Positions 43,708 through 48,988 of a stretch of 48,988 nt of DNA are shown piece by piece. The notes beneath the pieces are model-generated. The model had not been told where the DNA came from and did no database searches. It saw only the letters and a program-made list of their open reading frames with translations. The stretch is from a virus (taxonomy: Duplodnaviria; Caudoviricetes). A program made the translations under genes and the position numbers. The stretch spans positions 1 to 48,988 of IMG/VR virus record IMGVR_UViG_3300037780_000193. One strand, given 5' to 3'. Every line of letters starts with the position of its first letter. Within the stretch, counting starts at the first letter, position 1.

Positions 43708-44298
43708 ATGGAATATGTGCCGCCGCTCAATGGCGACCTTGAAGATCCCGACCGTGCCTATGCAAACGGGTCATCGGGTGTTCCGGGGTCCGGATCGATC
43801 CCATCCGCGAGGTTCTTCAATCTCGTACAAGCGGAATTGATCGCCCTTGTTGAGGCGGCCGGGATCGATCTCGACGACGAGGACGACGCCCAGGTCGCCG
43901 CGGCGGTCCTGGCATTGATTAAAGCCGGCGCGATCGGGGACGTCCCCTTCATGGCCGGGTTCGGGCCGGATGGCGCGGGCGCCGACCTGGAGGTCGCGAC
44001 ATATGGTTACCTGGTCCTGGCCCGGGCGATCAAGCTGACCGGGATGGCCGGGTATATCGAGGCGCCTGCGACCGGCGCTGCGGTGGTTCTGGACGTTGAG
44101 GCCAACGGGGCGACGATTTTCCAGACAGCGCCTCAATTCGCGGCCGGGGCCAACGCTATGACGGCCGGTGCCTTTACCGCCGGAGCCGCAAGCCTGACGC
44201 TGGCGGCGGGGACACGACTTACATTCAAGGTCACGCAGGTCGGGTCTAGCGTGGCGGGGCAACGCATCGGCTTCACTCTGAAGGGTGAGGCGGGCTGA
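43708..44298 (+). CDS. Short tail fibre N-terminal/adaptor protein
   Basis: G.GSIPSA.FFN.VQ.EL..LVE.AG..L....QV..A Mu-type fibre anchor. Confidence 0.75.
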   Translation: MEYVPPLNGDLEDPDRAYANGSSGVPGSGSIPSARFFNLVQAELIALVEAAGIDLDDEDDAQVAAAVLALIKAGAIGDVPFMAGFGPDGAGADLEVATYGYLVLARAIKLTGMAGYIEAPATGAAVVLDVEANGATIFQTAPQFAAGANAMTAGAFTAGAASLTLAAGTRLTFKVTQVGSSVAGQRIGFTLKGEAG

Positions 44299-44828
44299 TG
44301 CACCTCTATCCGCAAGGCGTATCGGTCCGGCCCGGGATCGGTAGCTGCTTCATCGGCGTCACGGGGGATATCACCGCCCTTGGCGTCGGTGCCTATATCG
44401 AAAGCGGGCACCGCGCGAGCGCCAGCGGCGACCGCGCGTTCGACAACAATTCGGCGAACAACTGGGAATCCGAAAGTCCCGGCACTACGGCCAGCTATAT
44501 CGGTTGGAATTGGAGCGCCGGCGAAGACGATTGCCGGGCGATTGTTCGGCGGTGGTCAATCCAGCAAGCCTATAACGCGTCCAACGGTACCAAGCTCGCC
44601 AGTACGGCCGTTCTCGAAGTGTCCGACGACCTGGTCGATTGGACAGTCGTCGATACGCGCGCGTTGAACACCGGTTTCGGCGAAGGCGCGGGGCCGGTGC
44701 AAACCTTTGACGTCGCGGTGCCGGTCCTGGCCCGCGCGGCGCGGCTGCGCCCGACGGCCTTGACCGGCGGCGGATCGATCCCGGTCTGGATCGTCGCAGA
44801 AGCCCAGTTTATCGAAAACATCGTTTAA
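44298..44828 (+). CDS. Discoidin/F5-8 type C-like carbohydrate-binding protein
   Basis: RAFDNNSANNWES, LEVSDD..DWT.V, V.E..F pattern. Confidence 0.65.
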   Translation: MHLYPQGVSVRPGIGSCFIGVTGDITALGVGAYIESGHRASASGDRAFDNNSANNWESESPGTTASYIGWNWSAGEDDCRAIVRRWSIQQAYNASNGTKLASTAVLEVSDDLVDWTVVDTRALNTGFGEGAGPVQTFDVAVPVLARAARLRPTALTGGGSIPVWIVAEAQFIENIV

Positions 44829-44840
44829 GGAGCGCCCGCG

Positions 44841-45455
44841 ATGACGCTTTATATGAAGCTGTCCGAAGACCGTACCAGCGTCGTCGGCGTCCCGGTTCCC
44901 CGGCCGATCCGCACCGATGCGGTGATCGACGGGGCGATCTATCGTCACACCGACGTTACGGCTTACAGCGACGTGGAGCTGGCCGAGCGGGTCGGTCTGG
45001 TCGCGGTCGATCCGGCCTCGGATTTCGATCCGTCGCGCCATGTCGCGGGCGGCGGCGGCGATCTGTCCGGTGACGGTCTCGCCCTGCCGGCCTATAGCGT
45101 GCGCCCCGTGACCGCCGACGATATCGCGGCGGAGGCCGAGCGGCGGATCGCGGTCGGTATCCTGGTCGATGGCGCGGCGTTCCGGGGGGACGATGCGTCG
45201 GTACAGCGCGTTTCCGAGATGCTGGACGCATTCGAACGCGCCCTTGTGCCGGTGGAAGGGGTCACTTTTGCCACCGCCGCCGGAAACGTCCTGACGTTGA
45301 CCGATACCGCCGCCGCCGCCGCGATCTACGAGGCGCTTCTGCGCCATCGCGCGGCCGTGCTGGCGACGTCTGCGGTGCTGCGGGCCGCACCGCCTGCCGA
45401 TTTCGCGGAGGATAGCCATTGGCCGGCGACCCTGACCGTCGATCTGGAAGGTTAA
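44841..45455 (+). CDS. Tail fibre assembly protein (DUF4376-like)
   Basis: AEAERRIA.GI.V.G..F..D..S, ends D..WP. Confidence 0.6.
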   Translation: MTLYMKLSEDRTSVVGVPVPRPIRTDAVIDGAIYRHTDVTAYSDVELAERVGLVAVDPASDFDPSRHVAGGGGDLSGDGLALPAYSVRPVTADDIAAEAERRIAVGILVDGAAFRGDDASVQRVSEMLDAFERALVPVEGVTFATAAGNVLTLTDTAAAAAIYEALLRHRAAVLATSAVLRAAPPADFAEDSHWPATLTVDLEG

Positions 45456-45458
45456 GCC

Positions 45459-45794
45459 ATGTTTGACCTGATCGACAAATACGTGCCGGCGGATCTCGTG
45501 AAGGCGATCTATGGCCTGACGTCGCTGTTTTTCTTCAGCTGGATCGGCCGGATGGCCTTCCATGTCCAGCAGGTTCAGAAGCAGCGCCGGAAATTCTGGT
45601 CTCTGCACCTGGTCTGGGAAACGGCCGTGGCTGTGGCCGTCGCCTTCGTTGCCGATGGTATCGCCTCCTATCTCGGCTTCACCGGACCGGTGAAGAACGG
45701 CGCAGTCGTCGCCATCGCCTATATCGGGCCGCGCGGGATCGAGACGATTGTGATCTGGCTCGCCAGCCGTCACCTGCCGAAAGCTCAGGGGTAA
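45459..45794 (+). CDS. Holin
   Basis: GR..FH...VQ...RKFWS..L.WE, AYIGPRGIE; hydrophobic segments; precedes the endolysin. Confidence 0.8.
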   Translation: MFDLIDKYVPADLVKAIYGLTSLFFFSWIGRMAFHVQQVQKQRRKFWSLHLVWETAVAVAVAFVADGIASYLGFTGPVKNGAVVAIAYIGPRGIETIVIWLASRHLPKAQG

Positions 45795-45799
45795 CAATC

Positions 45800-46270
45800 A
45801 TGCCGTTTCGGTTCTCAAATACCAGCCGCGACCGGCTGCATACCTGCCATCCGCATTTGCAGGCGATCCTGACCCGGGCGCTCGGCTGGGGGATTGTCGA
45901 TCTGACCATCATTGAAGGTCATCGTTCGGCCGAGAAACAGACCGACCTGGTTAAGCGCGGCCTTTCAAAGGCGCAGCCTTGGTCGTCGCGGCATAATGTT
46001 TCGCCGTCACTGGCGGTCGACGTCGCGCCCTTTATTGGCGGCGCGATCCCGTGGAACGACCGCGAGCCGTTTGTGCGCATGGCGGGCGTGCTGCAGGCGT
46101 CCGCTGCGGTTCAGGGCGTCGCCATCCGTTGGGGCGGGGATTGGGATATGGACTGGTCCCACCGGGACCAGACGTTCCACGACCTGCCTCATTTTGAGCT
46201 CGTCGTTTCGCCCGAGAAATTCGATCGGGCGGTGCGCGAAACCCGGGCGACCGGGTCCTGGGTCGACTGA
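45800..46270 (+). CDS. Endolysin, M15 family peptidase
   Basis: FS..S..RL...HP.L, EGHRS...Q, SRHN..PS.AVD, RWGGDW, DLPHFEL. Confidence 0.92.
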   Translation: MPFRFSNTSRDRLHTCHPHLQAILTRALGWGIVDLTIIEGHRSAEKQTDLVKRGLSKAQPWSSRHNVSPSLAVDVAPFIGGAIPWNDREPFVRMAGVLQASAAVQGVAIRWGGDWDMDWSHRDQTFHDLPHFELVVSPEKFDRAVRETRATGSWVD

Positions 46271-46340
46271 CGGCCCGTTAGCGCTGCGAAAACCGTTCGC
46301 GGGGCGATTCCCTTAAATCGAAGGAAAGGAGGGTCCGGTC

Positions 46341-46856
46341 ATGGACTCGAAACCGTTCTGGGCCTCGAAAACCATCTGGGCCAACATCCTGTCGCTGATC
46401 GCGACGATCGCGACCGTCTTCGGCGTGGATCTCGGCCTGACGCCGGAGGCGCAGGCGACGATCATCGCCGGTGTCATGGGCGTCGTGAATATCGTGCTGC
46501 GCCTGGTCACGAAGACCGGGGTCTCTGCGGCCGGCGGTTCGTCGCTCCATGCGTCGCCAATGGCCGCCATGGCGGCATTTGCGCTCACCTTGTTGCTGCT
46601 GGCGGGCTGCGCCGGCGATGCGGGCACGCGCGCGGCGGCGTCGCTGGCGGTCGCCTGCGACGGGTACGCCACGGCCTTGTCGGAACTCGCCGTCCTGCGT
46701 GAGGCCGGGTCGCTCTCCCGGGAGACGGTCTCCGCCGTCGATCGGGCGAACGCGATCGCGGACCCGCTCTGTCTTCCGGACAGTCCCGTCGATCCCGCCG
46801 CTTCGGTGGCGGTCGTTCGGGACGTCGCCGCCACGCTGAAGGGGATGTTGAAATGA
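46341..46856 (+). CDS. Membrane protein: holin-like N-terminus plus internal lipobox (spanin-like?)
   Basis: KPFWASKTIW..., two TM segments, then LLLLAGC. Confidence 0.65.
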   Translation: MDSKPFWASKTIWANILSLIATIATVFGVDLGLTPEAQATIIAGVMGVVNIVLRLVTKTGVSAAGGSSLHASPMAAMAAFALTLLLLAGCAGDAGTRAAASLAVACDGYATALSELAVLREAGSLSRETVSAVDRANAIADPLCLPDSPVDPAASVAVVRDVAATLKGMLK

Positions 46857-47023
46857 CCGAAGCGCTCAAGCTGCTGAAAACCGCCATGGCCGTTGGCGAT
46901 CTCGCGACCCGCGCGATCGAGGCGAGCAATGCCGGCAACGAGGCTGAGGCCAACGAATACCTGCGCCAGGCGCGCGCCCGCTATGCCGACGCCCGCCGCG
47001 AATGGGACGCCGCCGGCGACTAA
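46853..47023 (+). CDS. Small helical protein (56 aa, not in ORF track)
   Basis: ATGA coupling; MTEALKLLKTAMAVG...WDAAGD. Confidence 0.55.
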   Translation: MTEALKLLKTAMAVGDLATRAIEASNAGNEAEANEYLRQARARYADARREWDAAGD

Positions 47024-47052
47024 GATTTCCCCTGCCTCCAAGTCTGAACTTA

Positions 47053-47103
47053 CGCCCCAGGGGTACTCATTTTGTGAGTACCCCTGGGGCGCTTTCTTTG
47101 TTT
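47053..47103 (+). terminator. 17-bp hairpin with T-rich tail; probable late-operon terminator and first unit of the palindrome array
   Basis: CGCCCCAGGGGTACTCA-TTTTG-TGAGTACCCCTGGGGCG then CTTTCTTTGTTT. Confidence 0.7.
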
Positions 47104-47310
47104 AATCAATTGAGCGGCCTCTGGGCTTGCGGGACATAAGGCTGGGATGCCGCAAAGGGTGTCGGTACTATCGACACCCTTTGCGGTGATGCGTGTCGGC
47201 AATGTCGCCGTGCTTTTGAATGCTGGCGTGTGGACTAACATCCATAATCCGGATGTTAGTCGCAGGGTGGGGTCTAAACAGTGTTTAGACCCTTGTCAGG
47301 TTTCAAGTGG

Positions 47311-47602
47311 CGGTTCAGGTGCTCAATCGTGACAGCGGACCTTGGTTCGTGGCGGTGGGCGTGTGCCGGGTGCTGGCAGTCGGAAGTTCGTCCGATGTAG
47401 TTCGTCAATTGGACGATGATGAAAAAGCAACCATAGATACCCTCGATACTGTCGATGGTATCGCAGATTGCACGGCGTAGCAGGTTTCAATCATCAGCGA
47501 GGCCGATTTATACTTCCTGTTTCTGAACAGCCGGAAGCCGTCAGCGCAGCAGTTCAAGCGGTGGGTGTAACACGAGGTCCTGCCTCTTTGCATAGGGCCG
47601 GA
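47311..47602 (+). pseudogene. Decayed duplicate of the BRO-N coding region
   Basis: Aligns to 48207 onward at offset 896, with 7 mismatches in the first 128 nt; in-frame TAG at 47478 and TAA at 47568; no start codon. Confidence 0.9.
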
Positions 47603-47657
47603 CAGAACCTGGGGCTTGCGCGGCATAAAGCTGGGGGCGCCGCAAAGGGTGTCACTA

Positions 47658-47888
47658 CTAATGACCACCTTTGCGGAGACGCACGCCCGGGCCTTCGCCG
47701 TTTTCGTCAATGAAGATCACGCCAGCGGCTTCAAGTGTTAAGCGCATGGCATTGACGGTTGATGTTCGCACATCCTCACCACGCTCAAACTTGGTGATGG
47801 TGTTTCTATTGACTCCCGATTTGCCACTCAACTGTTGGATCGACCAACCGAGTGCTGCACGGGCCATTCTGCATTGGGCTTCGTTCAT
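47658..47888 (-). CDS. XRE-family HTH regulator
   Basis: QCRMARAALGWS...SGV.RNTI.KFERG...LEAAGVIFIDENG.GPGVRL, a common alphaproteobacterial family. Confidence 0.88.
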   Translation of the reverse strand: MNEAQCRMARAALGWSIQQLSGKSGVNRNTITKFERGEDVRTSTVNAMRLTLEAAGVIFIDENGEGPGVRLRKGGH

Positions 47889-47889
47889 A

Positions 47890-47960
47890 AATATGCATTG
47901 TGCCTATTAAGCGGCTTGACGCAACAGGCAAGTTGCATATAAATAGGCCAAATGCCTATT
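47890..47960 (+). promoter_or_regulatory. Divergent promoter region with three AATAGGC-N5-GCCTATT-like operators
   Basis: 47890-47908, 47923-47941 and 47942-47960 (perfect); TTGACG at 47916 with TATAAA at 47938. Confidence 0.7.
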
Positions 47961-47975
47961 TATGGAGGTGTCGAC

Positions 47976-48152
47976 ATGGCAGAGGTAATCGAGTTCCCGC
48001 GTTACCGTCAGGTGGCGGCGGAGGATGAAATCGCGGTCAGGCAGCTTTCGAGCGCCTACGACCGGGGTGGGAACCGCTTCCTGGCGGTTCTGAGCGGTTT
48101 GAAAATGGCCTCGACCATCTGCCGCCGTCTCGGCGGCGACGGGGCGGCCTGA
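47976..48152 (+). CDS. Small hypothetical protein
   Basis: GGAGGT RBS then MAEVIEFPR. Confidence 0.6.
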   Translation: MAEVIEFPRYRQVAAEDEIAVRQLSSAYDRGGNRFLAVLSGLKMASTICRRLGGDGAA

Positions 48153-48169
48153 TGTAAGGAGAGTGGGGT

Positions 48170-48988
48170 ATGAAAGATCTTGAGATTTTCGACTTCGAGG
48201 GCGTTGCGGTTCGGGTGCTCAATCGTGACAGCGGACCTTGGTTCGTGGCGGTGGACGTGTGCCGGGTGCTGGAAGTCGGAAGTACGTCCAATGCAGTTCG
48301 TCGATTGGACGATGATGAAAAAGCAACCATAGATACCCTTGATACTATACAGGGTATTGCAGATTGCCGGGCTGCGCAGATTTCAATCATAAGTGAGGCC
48401 GGCCTCTACTCGTTGATCCTGACAAGCCGGAAGCCGTCGGCACAGCGGTTCAAGCGGTGGGTGACGCATGAGGTCCTGCCGTCTTTGCGCAGGACCGGCC
48501 GCTATGCGCTGCCGCAAGCGGCGGCGTCCGCGCATTACCGCGATATCCTGCCGGCAATGGAGGATCTCCCGCGCCTAATCGCGACGGTCGAGGAATGCCG
48601 CCGCCTGAAAGGTCCGGAGAAGGCCTGGGCCCTATGGCTCCTGCTGGGCCTGCCCGATCCGGCGATCGATGCCGAGGACGATCCTGTCGCGATGGCCGAG
48701 GAATGGCGGTCGCTCCGCGAGCAGGGTGTCGGCACGTCGGTCATCGCCGCCGGGGCAAAGCGCTCGCCGCGCTCGGTGCAGCACTATATCGCCATGCTCG
48801 ACAAGCTGAGCGAGGAAGTTCTGACCGCGTTGCGCAATGGCGTGGTCAGCCCGTACCAGGCGCGGCTTCTGTCGTCGGCAGACCCGTCGATCCAGGGTGA
48901 GCTGCTGGAGGCGATCCGCGACGGCAAGTTCCGGACCTGCGACCAACTTGAAATGGCGATCCGGCTGGCAGGCGAGGGGGCGGACTGA
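48170..48988 (+). CDS. BRO-N antirepressor-like protein fused to a ParB-type HTH region
   Basis: FDFEG..VRV....PWFVA.DVC.VL, RLDDDEK, ISEAGLYSLIL.SRKP.A..FKRWVT.EVLPS.R.TG.Y. Confidence 0.92.
   Translation: MKDLEIFDFEGVAVRVLNRDSGPWFVAVDVCRVLEVGSTSNAVRRLDDDEKATIDTLDTIQGIADCRAAQISIISEAGLYSLILTSRKPSAQRFKRWVTHEVLPSLRRTGRYALPQAAASAHYRDILPAMEDLPRLIATVEECRRLKGPEKAWALWLLLGLPDPAIDAEDDPVAMAEEWRSLREQGVGTSVIAAGAKRSPRSVQHYIAMLDKLSEEVLTALRNGVVSPYQARLLSSADPSIQGELLEAIRDGKFRTCDQLEMAIRLAGEGAD

Larger units (their letters stand above)
47053..47676. repeat. Array of BRO-loop-like palindromes with a shared 21-bp core format
   Basis: Cores at 47062, 47158, 47192, 47237, 47271, 47439 and 47648; plus an imperfect ~65-bp direct repeat, 47121-47186 vs ~47610-47676. 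Confidence 0.75.
1..48988. mobile_element. Temperate prophage, lambda-like head with Mu-like contractile tail, apparently near-complete
   Basis: Continuous integrase, early arm, cI/cro switch, replication, cos/terminase, head, tail, lysis and antirepressor modules with no host housekeeping genes. Confidence 0.95.

Noticed and set aside
47053-47292. Hairpin cluster as a CRISPR array
   Set aside because: The palindromes differ from one another rather than being identical repeats with unique spacers; no cas genes
47311-48500. BRO copy and gene as a DGR template/variable repeat pair
   Set aside because: Mismatches are not confined to adenines in either direction, and no reverse transcriptase is present in the window
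1-48988. attL/attR, tRNA, rRNA or IS elements
   Set aside because: None recognised by eye; the window is cut at gene boundaries, so att repeats probably lie outside it

Overview
The whole window reads as one ~49 kb temperate prophage. It starts exactly on an integrase ATG and ends on the stop codon of an antirepressor-like gene, so att sites are not visible. High GC and several gene families suggest an alphaproteobacterial host (inference). Gene order: tyrosine integrase; a leftward early arm of small genes including a DHH phosphoesterase, DUF1643-like protein, ParB fusion and XRE regulator; a lambda-like immunity region where matching 14-bp operators bracket five cargo genes plus cI; cro/cII-like genes; a RelE-type TA pair; an orphan methyltransferase; primase and P-loop ATPase with an iteron-rich ori; a lambda-like cos site and head genes; a Mu-like contractile tail; a lysis cassette; and a terminal XRE/BRO antirepressor module. 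The most unusual signal lies at 47053-48357. It is a non-coding array of at least six palindromes with a shared 21-bp core format, each spelling a different version of the palindrome-encoded loop in the neighbouring BRO-N gene, next to a decayed duplicate of that gene. This is a candidate cassette-based diversification or self-targeting system for the antirepressor. Other notable items: a GNAT-like + PAS-like + HTH cargo trio inside the immunity region, a 21-bp motif repeated at gene junctions of the early arm, and an ACP-like domain lacking its serine fused to ParB. All family calls come from motif recognition by eye; no database searches were run.
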